Assembly: GCA_043803105.1 (NCBI GenBank)
Contig: JAZDKJ010000013.1
Span: 32,001 to 96,000 of the forward strand
DNA: 64,000 nt
DNA from: Candidatus Woesearchaeota archaeon
GTDB lineage: Archaea > Nanobdellota > Nanobdellia > Woesearchaeales > JAZDKJ01
Direction of reading: 5' to 3'
The first letter of the stretch is position 1. Every line of letters begins with the position of its first letter. Shown here piece after piece: positions 49,007-59,549 of this stretch. The position numbers and the translations under genes were made by a program. The notes beneath the pieces were generated by a model. It made no database searches and had not been told where the DNA came from. It was given only the letters and a program-made list of their open reading frames with translations.

Positions 49007-50089
49007 GTGAAAATCCTTCTGGTAGCAAAAACGTTTTCCAAGACCTCGGGAGGGGCAGAAAACCACATCTACAACCTTGTACAGCAACTGAAAAAAAAGC
49101 ATGACTTCACTATAGTAACGTCTGATGAATACAAGGACAGTGTACCAGGAGTAAAGATAATACGCCTGCCTATAGACTTCAGAATAATGAACTACATAGT
49201 CTCAACCAAGCTCAAAAGCCTGCTAAATGGAATAATCGGCAAGTTTGACCTGGTTCATTGCCATAACTATTGCTGCTATTTTGTGGACACGGCAGCAAGA
49301 ATTGCAAAGAAGCATGGAAAACCGCTTGTGATAACAAACCATGGCGTGTTTCCTTCAAGAAACATGTTTACAGCTATGCTTATGTTCATTTATAACAAAA
49401 CAGTGGGGATTAGGACTTGGAAGCTTGCAGACAAAATAATCAGCGTGAGCGAATTCTCGCGGCAGAGAATAATACAGCTTGGTGCACCAAAGGACAACAA
49501 TTCAGTTATATATAACGGAATTGACCTAAGCGAATTTGAAAGAGAGCCAAATCAACGCAGACAGAACAAAAGAATATTGTATGTGGGCAGGATTGTTCCA
49601 GAAAAAGGCCTGAATTTTTTGGTGAAGTCTCTCTCCAAGATAAGGGACCAGAATTTCAAACTGATTGTGGCAGGAGATGACAGTACAAACTATGCACGCA
49701 TGGTCAAAAAAAATGCAGCGAGCCTTGCTGTCTCAAACAAGGTAAGATTCCTAGGCAAACAAGAACGAAAATCATTGATAAGGCTCTACAAAAGCAGCGG
49801 TGTTTTCGTATTATCAAGCTCTTATGAACCGTTTGGTATTGTAATAATCGAGGCAATGGCAGCAGGACTGCCAGTAATTGCAACAAGGGTAGGAGGGGTA
49901 CCTGAGATAGTTGATGGAACAAGAAACCGAATGGTTCCTTACGGGAATATTAATATAATGGCAAAATCCATAGAGGAAATGGCTGGAAGGAATGACATAG
50001 GCAAAGAAAACAGGAAATATGTAAGAAGATTCAGCATCAAGATAATGGCAGAAAAAACCGACAGGATATACAGTGAGTTAATGCCTTAG
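49007..50089 (+). CDS. GT4 glycosyltransferase
   Basis: Motifs GGAE, YNGID, GR..PEKG, EPFGIVIIEAMA. Confidence 0.92.
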   Translation: MKILLVAKTFSKTSGGAENHIYNLVQQLKKKHDFTIVTSDEYKDSVPGVKIIRLPIDFRIMNYIVSTKLKSLLNGIIGKFDLVHCHNYCCYFVDTAARIAKKHGKPLVITNHGVFPSRNMFTAMLMFIYNKTVGIRTWKLADKIISVSEFSRQRIIQLGAPKDNNSVIYNGIDLSEFEREPNQRRQNKRILYVGRIVPEKGLNFLVKSLSKIRDQNFKLIVAGDDSTNYARMVKKNAASLAVSNKVRFLGKQERKSLIRLYKSSGVFVLSSSYEPFGIVIIEAMAAGLPVIATRVGGVPEIVDGTRNRMVPYGNINIMAKSIEEMAGRNDIGKENRKYVRRFSIKIMAEKTDRIYSELMP

Positions 50090-51229
50090 CTTCTTGGTAA
50101 ATATTTTAAATAAGGTTTGTGCAAGGGTGGAGTTGCTGAAACGCTCCTCTACATCCTTTCTGCCAAGCGCACCGAACCTTGCCCGCAAAGCCTTATCCCT
50201 CATTAACAAATCAATCTTTTCTGCAAGAAGCTTTGGGTCTTTTGCCTTAACAAGGAAACCATCCTCTCCATCCCTGATTATATACCTCGGACCTGTAAGG
50301 TTAGAGGCAACAACAGGCACTTTGCAAGCCAAAGACTCTGCAACAGAAAAACCAAACTGCTCTGCCCAAAAAGATGTGGGGACTGAGGGATAGAGCGAGA
50401 TTGCTGCAGAATTGAAAGCAGCAGGTATCTGGCCTCTTTCAAGATTCTCAAGAAAAACAATATCGCCTTTATCAAAGTTTTTAATTTCCTGAACCAATTG
50501 CGGGTCGTTTTGGCTTCCGTAGCCCACGAAAAGATATTTGTATGCCCTGCCTCTTTTTCTCAAGATACGAATCGCGTTTAAGATAACCCTAATGCCTTTC
50601 ATCTCAATAATTCTGCCGACAAACACAATAGTGTTATCCTTACGAAGGCCAAGTTGTGCGCCAAAATTTGATTTTAATGGCCTGAAGGTTATGGTGTCTA
50701 CGCCTGAAAGAGGCATGACTACGAACCTTGCTTTTTTTGCGCCTTTTTGCATAAAAACTTTCCTGACATCAGAGGTTCCTGCAATAAACAAATCCGCGTT
50801 TCTGGCAATTAATTTCTCCATAATGTTAAGAGGGAAGAACCAAGGTTGAAACAGGTTTTCCCAACTAGTGACCACAAAAGGCACACGCAAAACTTTAGCT
50901 GCGAGAAAGGCAGAAAGCGCGTTAATAGTTGCTGGCTCCTCATGAGCATAAATCACGTCTGGCTTCAAGGAAATGAGCTTAAGAAAAAGTGATGGCATAA
51001 AGGACTTATATTGTGAAGGTGTCCTGCTAAGGAAAACCGACCTCAAGGTGTGGATCCTTAGATTTGCCCTTGAATGGCTCTTGAGATCGTCGTACACATA
51101 GGTGCCCCATCTTGACACAGTAATAATATCCAACTGAATGTTGTAACGTTTTGCCAGCAGGTCAAAAACTGCAAGCGACCTTCTGGCAGTAGGATGATTA
51201 AAGGTGAAACCAACGATTGCAACCTTCAT
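50078..51229 (-). CDS. GT4 glycosyltransferase
   Basis: Motifs FVGR...KG, EQFGFSVAE. Confidence 0.9.
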   Translation of the reverse strand: MKVAIVGFTFNHPTARRSLAVFDLLAKRYNIQLDIITVSRWGTYVYDDLKSHSRANLRIHTLRSVFLSRTPSQYKSFMPSLFLKLISLKPDVIYAHEEPATINALSAFLAAKVLRVPFVVTSWENLFQPWFFPLNIMEKLIARNADLFIAGTSDVRKVFMQKGAKKARFVVMPLSGVDTITFRPLKSNFGAQLGLRKDNTIVFVGRIIEMKGIRVILNAIRILRKRGRAYKYLFVGYGSQNDPQLVQEIKNFDKGDIVFLENLERGQIPAAFNSAAISLYPSVPTSFWAEQFGFSVAESLACKVPVVASNLTGPRYIIRDGEDGFLVKAKDPKLLAEKIDLLMRDKALRARFGALGRKDVEERFSNSTLAQTLFKIFTKKLRH

Positions 51230-51254
51230 ATCAAACAATCGACGATGTACCGTT

Positions 51255-51266
51255 ATATTTAAATAT
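51255..51266. promoter_or_regulatory. Palindromic bidirectional TATA element ATATTTAAATAT
   Basis: Centred between divergent ATGs at 51229 and 51289. Confidence 0.6.
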
Positions 51267-51288
51267 GTATGATTTTTGACTGTGCAGA

Positions 51289-51984
51289 ATGGAAGTGGTA
51301 ATCCTTTGTGGGGGGAAGGGTGCAAGGCTGAGGGAATACACTGAAGAGATACCAAAACCCTTGGTCATAGTGGGCAATAAACCAATTCTATGGCATATTA
51401 TGAAATACTACTCCTGTTTCGGTCACAAAGACTTTATACTTTGCCTAGGCTACAAGGGAGAAATGATAAGGGATGCGTTCAAGGACAACAAAGAATGGAA
51501 CATCACATTCCTTGACACAGGGTTAGAGTCAAACAAGGGACAAAGACTGAAATTGGCCAGAACATATATCAAGGGCAGCGACTTTCTTGTGGCATACGGC
51601 GATGACCTAGCAAACGTGGACATCAAGAAAACATTGGAATTGCACAAGAGCTTGAACAAGACTGTGACACTTACTGCAGTGCAAATGGAATCTCAGTTCG
51701 GCATTTTAGAGATAAACCAAACAAGCGAAATACTGAATTTCAAGGAAAAACCCATGCTTGATTATTGGATAAATGGAGGGTTTTTCGTAATGAAAAAAAC
51801 AATATTTGAGGAAATACAAGACGGATGGGACCTGGAAAAAGAAACTTTTAACCAGCTCGTAAAGAAAAGGGAGATAATAGCTTACAAACACAAGGGCTTT
51901 TGGAAATGCATGAACACGTTCAAGGATGCAGAAGAGCTTAACCAATTATGGAATGAGGGGAAAACACCATGGAAAATATGGTAG
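51289..51984 (+). CDS. rfbF: Glucose-1-phosphate cytidylyltransferase
   Basis: Motifs LCGGKGARL..PKP, PILWHIMKYY, INGGFF, HKGFWKCM, PWKIW. Confidence 0.85.
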   Translation: MEVVILCGGKGARLREYTEEIPKPLVIVGNKPILWHIMKYYSCFGHKDFILCLGYKGEMIRDAFKDNKEWNITFLDTGLESNKGQRLKLARTYIKGSDFLVAYGDDLANVDIKKTLELHKSLNKTVTLTAVQMESQFGILEINQTSEILNFKEKPMLDYWINGGFFVMKKTIFEEIQDGWDLEKETFNQLVKKREIIAYKHKGFWKCMNTFKDAEELNQLWNEGKTPWKIW

Positions 51985-52955
51985 ACTTTTGGAAGGGAAA
52001 AAAAGCACTTGTCAGCGGCGCAGACGGATTTGTGGGTTCGTGGGTTGCAAAGAAACTGATTGACAGCAAGGCTCAGGTAGTTGCGATAGTGAGAGATGAA
52101 AAAGCTGAGGGAAACTTAAAAATATTAGGGTTAACAGACAAAATCACAATAGTACGAGGGGATATCACAGACTTAGAGACAGTAGAGCGAACAATCAATG
52201 AGTATGAAATCGACAGCTGCTTTCACTTGGCTGCACAAGCAATAGTAGGCATAGCTAATCGATCGCCGCTCTCAACCTTTAACTCAAATATCAAGGGAAC
52301 ATGGACTGTACTTGAGGCTTGCAGAAGAAGCCCAAAAGTGGAAAGGATAGTAGTCGCAAGCAGTGACAAGGCCTATGGAACGCAGAAGAAACTGCCTTAT
52401 ACTGAAGATGCACCGCTCCTTGGGAGCAACCCGTACGATGCGTCTAAAGCATGCACAGACATTGTTGCAAGAAGTTATTACTCAACCTACAGCTTGCCTG
52501 TAGCTGTAACCAGATGCGCCAATATTTACGGCGGCGGAGACCTCAATTTCAGCAGGATAATACCTGACGCAATAAGATGCATCTTAGCAAATGAAAACTT
52601 TGTAATAAGAAGCGATGGTACTCCGGAGAGAGACTACATGTATGTGGAAGACGCTGCAAGTGCATATCTTACACTTGCAGAACAGTGCGCCAGAAATGAA
52701 GTTAAAGGCCAAGCCTTTAATTTCGGAACAGGCACCCCAGTAAGCGTATTAGCCCTCTTTGCGAAAATTGCTGGCCTGTGCGGAAAAGAAGAATTCAAGC
52801 CTACAGTACTAGGGCAGGCAAAAAATGAGATAGACAGGCAGTTTCTGGATTCTAACAAAGCCAAAAGAATACTCAATTGGGCGCCAAGGTACTCACTTGA
52901 TGATGGCCTTAAGAAAACAATCCAGTGGTACAAGAACTACTTTAAAATGAATTAG
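51969..52955 (+). CDS. rfbG: CDP-glucose 4,6-dehydratase-like SDR
   Basis: Motifs FWKGK, HLAAQ, ASSDKAYG, YDASK, NIYGGGD. Confidence 0.75.
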   Translation: MENMVDFWKGKKALVSGADGFVGSWVAKKLIDSKAQVVAIVRDEKAEGNLKILGLTDKITIVRGDITDLETVERTINEYEIDSCFHLAAQAIVGIANRSPLSTFNSNIKGTWTVLEACRRSPKVERIVVASSDKAYGTQKKLPYTEDAPLLGSNPYDASKACTDIVARSYYSTYSLPVAVTRCANIYGGGDLNFSRIIPDAIRCILANENFVIRSDGTPERDYMYVEDAASAYLTLAEQCARNEVKGQAFNFGTGTPVSVLALFAKIAGLCGKEEFKPTVLGQAKNEIDRQFLDSNKAKRILNWAPRYSLDDGLKKTIQWYKNYFKMN

Positions 52956-52964
52956 AATATTTTT

Positions 52965-54368
52965 CTAGACAAGGGTCTTGCACACAGACAGTCCTGCCTT
53001 GAAGCTTTCTTTTAGTGCTCTTGGAGAAGAGCAAGAGCGCAACACAGTCCTGAAGATTGGTTTTGGCCTAAGATAATAGCTTCTGAAAGCGAGCTTGAAA
53101 AGGTCGTATAATTCAATTTCAGTCATATTCTCTGGCCTAAAGGTCGGTCTATTAAAAATTGAGAAGTCAGACCATTTTTTCACGAGCATACGATTTTTCA
53201 AACGCTCATAGTCTGGAGTACCTGGGTAGGGAACAAGTATGTGAAACTTTGCCACGTCAGGATCGAGTTCTCGTGCGAACCTGATAGTGTCCATCGCAGT
53301 CTGCCTGGTTTCCCCTTTCAAGCCCAAAATGAAAAAGCCCCAGGTCTCATAGTTGAATCTCTTGGCAAGCTTGAAGGCATCACGAACCTGCTGGAGTGTT
53401 ATGCCCTTGCCAATATTGTTCAGTATTTGCTGGTTTCCGCTTTCGACGCCAAAGACCATCGCATAGAAACCAATGGAACGCATTTGTGCCAATAATTCGC
53501 GGTTGATTGAATCAACCCTCAAGCCATTATGTGGGTAGAATGCCAGGTCCAGGCGTTCGTGCCTTACTAAATTGCAGAAATCCAGAACCCTATTCTTGTC
53601 CATACTGAATGTGTCGTCAGAAATATGGATTTCAGAAATGCCATAGTCTGCAACCAACATATTCAGTTCAGCCAAGATATTGGCTGCGCTTCGCTTGCGA
53701 TAGACATATCCTGAAATATTCTTGTTGCAATAGGAGCACCTAAATGGGCAGCCTCTGCTTGTCACAATGTTTGTCAGTGGATGCCTACGGGCACCAAAGT
53801 AATGGTACTTGTCCATCTTCAAAAGGTGCCTTGCAGGCAGAGGGTACTTGTCTAGATCCTTTTCAGGCAATCTTTCGCAAGTGTTGATAAACTTCTTGCC
53901 ACTCTTAAACGAAATGCCGTTGACCCTAGAGAATTCCTTCAAGTTAAACCCATGTTTTTGATGTGTGGTCACCAATTCAAGAAAGCTTTGCTCAGCTTCC
54001 CCACGGACTACAACATCAGCATGCTGCAAGGCTTCGTATGGCAGGGCAGTTGGGTGAGGCCCTCCAAGAACATACAACAACCGAGGAAAGGTTTTACGTA
54101 AGTTGTCAATTATGGAATATGCGTTATCAGCGGTCGGCGTATTTGCAGTAATACCAACAACTGATGGACTGAACTTGTCAACTTCCTTGCATAAACTCTG
54201 CGCAGTATATAGTTCAACACTCAAGTCAATGATCCTAATCTCATGACCCCTGCTCTCGAGAAAAGCTGCTATATAGGCCAAACCGAGCGGAGGATACTCC
54301 GGGGTAATCTCTTTAAGAACACCATAAATGTCTCCGGTCGGAGGCTTGACCAACAAAACCCTTGCCAT
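52965..54368 (-). CDS. B12-binding radical SAM protein
   Basis: Motifs PPLGLAY, GGPHPT, SRGCPFRCSYC, GVESG. Confidence 0.92.
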   Translation of the reverse strand: MARVLLVKPPTGDIYGVLKEITPEYPPLGLAYIAAFLESRGHEIRIIDLSVELYTAQSLCKEVDKFSPSVVGITANTPTADNAYSIIDNLRKTFPRLLYVLGGPHPTALPYEALQHADVVVRGEAEQSFLELVTTHQKHGFNLKEFSRVNGISFKSGKKFINTCERLPEKDLDKYPLPARHLLKMDKYHYFGARRHPLTNIVTSRGCPFRCSYCNKNISGYVYRKRSAANILAELNMLVADYGISEIHISDDTFSMDKNRVLDFCNLVRHERLDLAFYPHNGLRVDSINRELLAQMRSIGFYAMVFGVESGNQQILNNIGKGITLQQVRDAFKLAKRFNYETWGFFILGLKGETRQTAMDTIRFARELDPDVAKFHILVPYPGTPDYERLKNRMLVKKWSDFSIFNRPTFRPENMTEIELYDLFKLAFRSYYLRPKPIFRTVLRSCSSPRALKESFKAGLSVCKTLV

Positions 54369-54418
54369 AATCAAGGCACCCCGCAATCAGTGTGGTTATG
54401 TTGTTCATTCATAATTTC

Positions 54419-56005
54419 TCAGCACCTCGAGAGTAAAGCAGTAAACTCTTTGGGAATAAAATTAAGGTGATTCTTAAACCAGCAGGCAAGCCCTGCTGGC
54501 TTTTGCTCTTGAACTTGCTCTAAAGTCCCATTAAGCGGAGTGGTTATTCTGTAGATTCGGACAGCATAGGTGTTGGCATGTGTGATAGTGGCTATCAGGC
54601 CAGAGTTAGCTGTGACAAACTCCAAGTATCCTTTAGGTAAGGGTTCATAATTGCTATGGAAGAATGCTATGTTGTCTTCAAGAGGAGAGTTCCCAGTTAC
54701 ATGATTATTGAAATTTGGGACAAGAACAAAATCTCCCTGTTTGAGAGCACCTGCGGATATCCTATCATTAATCAGGGGATGTATAATAGCACCCCTTTCA
54801 TAGGGTTGGCCCCATTTATACAGTGCAAATTCGTCACCCATATAGTACTTCAAAGGCCAGACAGTGTTCCAGGCAACATGAACAGTTGCATTTTCGGGAA
54901 GATTGGCCTCCAAGTAACTTCCTGTGCTGCTAAGCATATGAAAATTGTTCAGCCTGCCGATCCAGTAGACGCTGAAAAATGTGCAGGAAACCAAGACAAG
55001 GAGGAGCAAAATTCCTGAGATTACCTTTTTATTAAGGTTGATCACCATGCCAACAAAGATGCTAACAAAGGGCAGGATCATCAGCAAATGCCTTGGGTAT
55101 TTGCGGCCTTGAACAAAGACTATGATCAAATAAGCAACAACAAGAAAGACCACTAACAAATCCCGCCTGGTTTGCTTCTTGTTCCTGCGAAAGATCCAGA
55201 ACAGAAGTAAAAAGAAGAAAAGGCCAAAAAGCAGAGGGGAAAGCCCATCAAAAAGAACAGAAAAATAATAGTAAAAAGGACGCTCAACAATCAATGACTG
55301 AAGATAGCTCCACATAGCAACATTGTATCCGAGCATAAAAAAATATCTAATCTTGAACTGAAGAATCACAACAGAAGCCAAAACAGCGGAGCCATTTGCC
55401 ACCAGTGCATTGAACCAGGGAAACTGCTTCCTGTGATAAAAAAACAAGAATATCCAATAGAGTGCCCACAGGACAACTGCATTGTACTTGGTAAAGAAAG
55501 CAAGAATAAATGAAACGCCTGACAAAGCAGCAATCACAGTACTTTTCCTGCGCAGAGAGAACTCTGAAAGGAATATGGCCAATAAAACAAAAAAGGTAAG
55601 TGCAATATCACTATAGGCAAACCTGCTGTAAATGACATGCAACGGCATGACTGCAATGATTGAGGCAGCAAAAAGCGCTACTTTATTACCATAATACAGC
55701 CTGGCAAGAAGGAAAACAAGAACAACAGTAAAAACACCAAGGACAGCAGAGGCCAATCTCACAGAGAACTCGCTAAAACCAAGAAAATGCAGAGAAATTG
55801 CGTTCAACCAAGCAAAGACCGGAGGCTGCTCACCTTTATAGAAATCCCAAGGATTGATGCCTTGGAAGGCAAGTATACTACCAGAATGGGCAGTCAGGCT
55901 CTCATCAAAAAAGAAATCAGTACCGCCAAGCATAACAAACCTAAATATTGCACTGGCAAAGACAATACAGAGCAAAGCAACAAAAACCCTATGACTAAAC
56001 AGCAT
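54419..56005 (-). CDS. GT-C (ArnT/GT39-like) glycosyltransferase
   Basis: Motifs FDE, QPP, G.SEFSVRL, YSR..D, TK. Confidence 0.85.
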   Translation of the reverse strand: MLFSHRVFVALLCIVFASAIFRFVMLGGTDFFFDESLTAHSGSILAFQGINPWDFYKGEQPPVFAWLNAISLHFLGFSEFSVRLASAVLGVFTVVLVFLLARLYYGNKVALFAASIIAVMPLHVIYSRFAYSDIALTFFVLLAIFLSEFSLRRKSTVIAALSGVSFILAFFTKYNAVVLWALYWIFLFFYHRKQFPWFNALVANGSAVLASVVILQFKIRYFFMLGYNVAMWSYLQSLIVERPFYYYFSVLFDGLSPLLFGLFFFLLLFWIFRRNKKQTRRDLLVVFLVVAYLIIVFVQGRKYPRHLLMILPFVSIFVGMVINLNKKVISGILLLLVLVSCTFFSVYWIGRLNNFHMLSSTGSYLEANLPENATVHVAWNTVWPLKYYMGDEFALYKWGQPYERGAIIHPLINDRISAGALKQGDFVLVPNFNNHVTGNSPLEDNIAFFHSNYEPLPKGYLEFVTANSGLIATITHANTYAVRIYRITTPLNGTLEQVQEQKPAGLACWFKNHLNFIPKEFTALLSRC

Positions 56006-56086
56006 CTTGATAAAAGAAACCTTGATTGGGTATTTATCTCTTTGCCTCGCCAGGCTCTTAAATCATAAAATTGCTGCCAATAATAT

Positions 56087-57109
56087 TCATACCAGCCTTT
56101 GATATCCATAGTGGGTCATTTGTGCGACACTTGACCAAGAATATTGTGAAGAAAGCTTCAAAAAATCATGAGACATCCTCTTCTGCAAGGCTTTATTGCC
56201 AAGCAAGGCCAAAATCTTTTCTGCAAGATCAAGGTAGTCATCAGACCTAAAATAAAGTGCCATACCCTGAGTGTATTCCCTAAAGGGAACCAAATCGGAA
56301 AGAACACAGGGAAGATTCCAGCTCACTACATGGCAGAAAATGCCTGACATTGTAATACGCCTGTATGGCAAGACTGCAATCTCGCTGTTTCGGAACAAAG
56401 CGAAGAGATTTTTCTCCTCGATATATTTATCGTTGATGGTCACGTTCCTCTCAAGGGAAAGTTCTTTTACAAGTGATCGCAGCTTCTCTGCATAGTCCTT
56501 ATGATGTGCTTTTCCTGCGATGATCAACCTCACCTTAGGCTTTGTTTTAACAACGAAGGAGAGAGCACGGATGGCAAGGTCATGACCTTTCCACGGATTT
56601 ATAAATCCTGGAAGCAGGATATTGCCTTTCTTAGGGTTTCTTTTAACTTTACGAAGAATAATGCCGTGAGGGATTATGGTTGATTTCTTGACAAGAGAAG
56701 CTGAGAGGACGCGCTGCTGAAAAGCTGTATGGGCTATGAGCAAGTCAGCACGATGATAAACAATGTTGTGAAACAATTTCACAAGAGGCGCAAATACAAG
56801 ATTGGCATAATCCTCATGCAGAGTGATTACCAACTTTGCCTTGCCTCTAATAAAAAATAGCACTGGCAAGAAGAAAAAGAGAAAATCACCAAGATGATAT
56901 TGGATGTGCACAATGTCATAATTCAAGAAAGCATGGCTTAAGCGTCTAATATTGGTAAATGGGCTCAGAAGCTTGCTAAAAAAACCGTCATAATTCCATG
57001 GGAGAACATCAACAGTGTCAATCTTGCCAAGCTCCTTTGCAAGATAAGAAGTATATGTGCCTATCCCGCTCTGCTTCGGAGGATAAGAAGAAACCAGGCA
57101 GACCCTCAT
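56087..57109 (-). CDS. GT4 glycosyltransferase
   Basis: Motifs SYPP..SGI..Y, IPHG, GFI..KG, LPY...SG. Confidence 0.88.
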   Translation of the reverse strand: MRVCLVSSYPPKQSGIGTYTSYLAKELGKIDTVDVLPWNYDGFFSKLLSPFTNIRRLSHAFLNYDIVHIQYHLGDFLFFFLPVLFFIRGKAKLVITLHEDYANLVFAPLVKLFHNIVYHRADLLIAHTAFQQRVLSASLVKKSTIIPHGIILRKVKRNPKKGNILLPGFINPWKGHDLAIRALSFVVKTKPKVRLIIAGKAHHKDYAEKLRSLVKELSLERNVTINDKYIEEKNLFALFRNSEIAVLPYRRITMSGIFCHVVSWNLPCVLSDLVPFREYTQGMALYFRSDDYLDLAEKILALLGNKALQKRMSHDFLKLSSQYSWSSVAQMTHYGYQRLV

Positions 57110-57230
57110 ACCGCTAAAAAAACTGCGTGAATATTTAAATGTATCAGGCAAGGTTCAAGACAAGGTTGCAGATACAGCGGTAGGGACTATTGCAAACATA
57201 TTTAAATAAATCCAAGAAAACCAAAATAGC

Positions 57231-57953
57231 ATGGAATTTCGCAAGCTGTCCATAATTATGCCAGTATTCAATGAGCAGAACACAATCAAGACTATCCTAG
57301 GAAAGGTGTTGAGCGTCAAGCTTCCCGTAGCAAAAGAGATTATAATCGTAAACGACGGGAGCACCGATAATTCTGAGGCGATAATACTTGAATTCATGAA
57401 GAGACACCATAAGAGCGAAATAAAGTACTTCAAGAAACAGAATGGCGGCAAAGGAAGCGCAATCAGGCTTGGCTTCTCCAAGGCAACCGGAGACATAATA
57501 ACAGTGCAGGATGCAGACCTTGAGTATGAGCCTGAAGACTTCAAAAGACTTTTGCAGCCGATAGTAAACAATGAGACAAAGGCTGTCTACGGCAGCAGAT
57601 ACATAGGAAAGGAAGGGTACTTTAAATCAAAGCATCACATCTGGTATTTTGTCCATCTGCTGGGAAACTGGGGGCTAAGTCTGATCACAAGTATAGTATT
57701 CTTCACGAAAATCACGGACATGGAGACATGCTATAAGATGTTCACAAGGGAAGTAATGAAAGGATTAGAGCTAAAGTCAGATGGATTTGGAATAGAACCT
57801 GAGATCACTGCAAAGATATTGCGGAGAGGGTACAAAATAAAGGAGATAAGGATAAACTACAAATCAAGGGACTTTTCTGAAGGGAAAAAGATCACCTGGA
57901 GAGACGGATTAAAGGCCTTCGGATATCTCTTGTACTTCAGGGTTTTTGACTAA
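57231..57953 (+). CDS. GT2 (DPM1-like) glycosyltransferase
   Basis: Motifs PVFNE, NDGSTD, GKG, QDADLEY, DMETCYK, EGKKI. Confidence 0.92.
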   Translation: MEFRKLSIIMPVFNEQNTIKTILGKVLSVKLPVAKEIIIVNDGSTDNSEAIILEFMKRHHKSEIKYFKKQNGGKGSAIRLGFSKATGDIITVQDADLEYEPEDFKRLLQPIVNNETKAVYGSRYIGKEGYFKSKHHIWYFVHLLGNWGLSLITSIVFFTKITDMETCYKMFTREVMKGLELKSDGFGIEPEITAKILRRGYKIKEIRINYKSRDFSEGKKITWRDGLKAFGYLLYFRVFD

Positions 57954-57961
57954 GGGCATAA

Positions 57962-59506
57962 ATGAAAATCTTAAAGTTTGCTAGGAAACACAAGGTTGCA
58001 GCAGTAATCATCCTAGCGATAGTCATCAGGCTTACAGTGGCACTGATGTACTCAACTGCTGGTGACTCTTGCAGCCACTTCTACACTACACTCTTTTTTG
58101 CACGACACCTGAGACTTCCTGGCTACGGCGAGGTTACCCATGATGAAGTTCCATTCTTTGCACCACCATTCTTTTACGTTACTGCAGGACTCCTATCAAG
58201 ACTGCTAGGGGTAGGCACTGTAGCCGCATTTATCTTCATCAAGCTCTCACCCGTATTTTTTGGAAGCCTGCAAATCTTTTTCTCGTACCTCATCGTGAAG
58301 AAACTCGCGAACGAGAAATATGCATTCTGGTCAACGGTTTTCCTATCATTCTTACCTTTACACATATTCTACAGTTCAGTGACATTTACAGACATGCCTG
58401 TAGCATTTCTTGTTACGTTATCATTATTTTTCCTTATTAACAAAAGATATAGCTGGTCGGCAATCGCATGCGGGGCAGCAGTACTAACAAAGAGCTCTGC
58501 ACTGTTCTTTTTGCCGGTCGTTATACTATACTACTACTTGGAGATAATTGCCGGTTCAGAGTCTGTTCGTAAGTATCAAATGTTTATTCTGAGAAACCTC
58601 AAGTATTGGTTTGTTGGCGCACTTACAGGTTCAATCTGGTTAATAAGAAACTATCTCGTGTTCAGAAATCCATTCTATCCATTCTTAGGAAACATCTTTC
58701 GGTCAACTGGCGAGGTAGTAAGAACAACTAGCTATAACTTTAGCTTGCACCCTTTACTGGTTCCAAAGAATTACGCAGAGTTTGTTCTGGATTTTTTCGG
58801 ATTGCCTAGCGGTAGGATTTCTCTAATAAGCTCAGTGTTCAAGGGAAAACTTTTTGTCCTGTTCTGTTTATGGCTGAGCGTGTGTATCATAATATCATTG
58901 CCTTTTTTATTTGGCCTATGGGGATCTACCAAGAGGTGGAAACGGCTGGATAACAAAATAAAGAAAACTGTCGCATTGTCCTTGGGGCTGGTTGCCGCTT
59001 TCTTTGTAATGCAGATGATATACTTCACCTACTGGCATGAGTCTTTCACACGGTTGATTCTGCCTTCCATAATCGGCTACGCCTTTTTCTGGGCATACGG
59101 GACAGAATTCTTGCTGGGAAAACTAAGTAAGAATTACAAAAAACTCTTCTACATCCTCCTGTGCGGGGTGATAGTAATGTTTGTTTCAGGAGAGATTGTC
59201 AAAGTGACTTATGCAACGTCACTAAGGAGCAAATACTTTCCAGACTACCAATGGATCGCAAAAAACACGCCAAAAAACGCTAAGATTTACGAAGAGGGAG
59301 ATGTCTGCATACAGTTCTACACAGGCAGAATATCGATGATAAACCCCAAGCGCATTCAAGATGCACAATACATATTCCAAAGCAAGCTCACACCGCTAAT
59401 ACCTTATGAGATAAAAAGACTGAACCTAAACGAGACTCTTAAGGACTACAAGCTTGTGTATTCAAATCCGAATAGCCAAACCAGCATCTACGAGCGGAAA
59501 AGCTAG
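57962..59506 (+). CDS. GT-C (ArnT/GT39-like) glycosyltransferase
   Basis: Motifs PPFFY, D, TK, W..RN....NPFYP; many TM segments. Confidence 0.8.
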   Translation: MKILKFARKHKVAAVIILAIVIRLTVALMYSTAGDSCSHFYTTLFFARHLRLPGYGEVTHDEVPFFAPPFFYVTAGLLSRLLGVGTVAAFIFIKLSPVFFGSLQIFFSYLIVKKLANEKYAFWSTVFLSFLPLHIFYSSVTFTDMPVAFLVTLSLFFLINKRYSWSAIACGAAVLTKSSALFFLPVVILYYYLEIIAGSESVRKYQMFILRNLKYWFVGALTGSIWLIRNYLVFRNPFYPFLGNIFRSTGEVVRTTSYNFSLHPLLVPKNYAEFVLDFFGLPSGRISLISSVFKGKLFVLFCLWLSVCIIISLPFLFGLWGSTKRWKRLDNKIKKTVALSLGLVAAFFVMQMIYFTYWHESFTRLILPSIIGYAFFWAYGTEFLLGKLSKNYKKLFYILLCGVIVMFVSGEIVKVTYATSLRSKYFPDYQWIAKNTPKNAKIYEEGDVCIQFYTGRISMINPKRIQDAQYIFQSKLTPLIPYEIKRLNLNETLKDYKLVYSNPNSQTSIYERKS

Positions 59507-59549
59507 TTCTCGCAAAAGTTTATAAATCTCACAGGGCTCTTGCATATTG

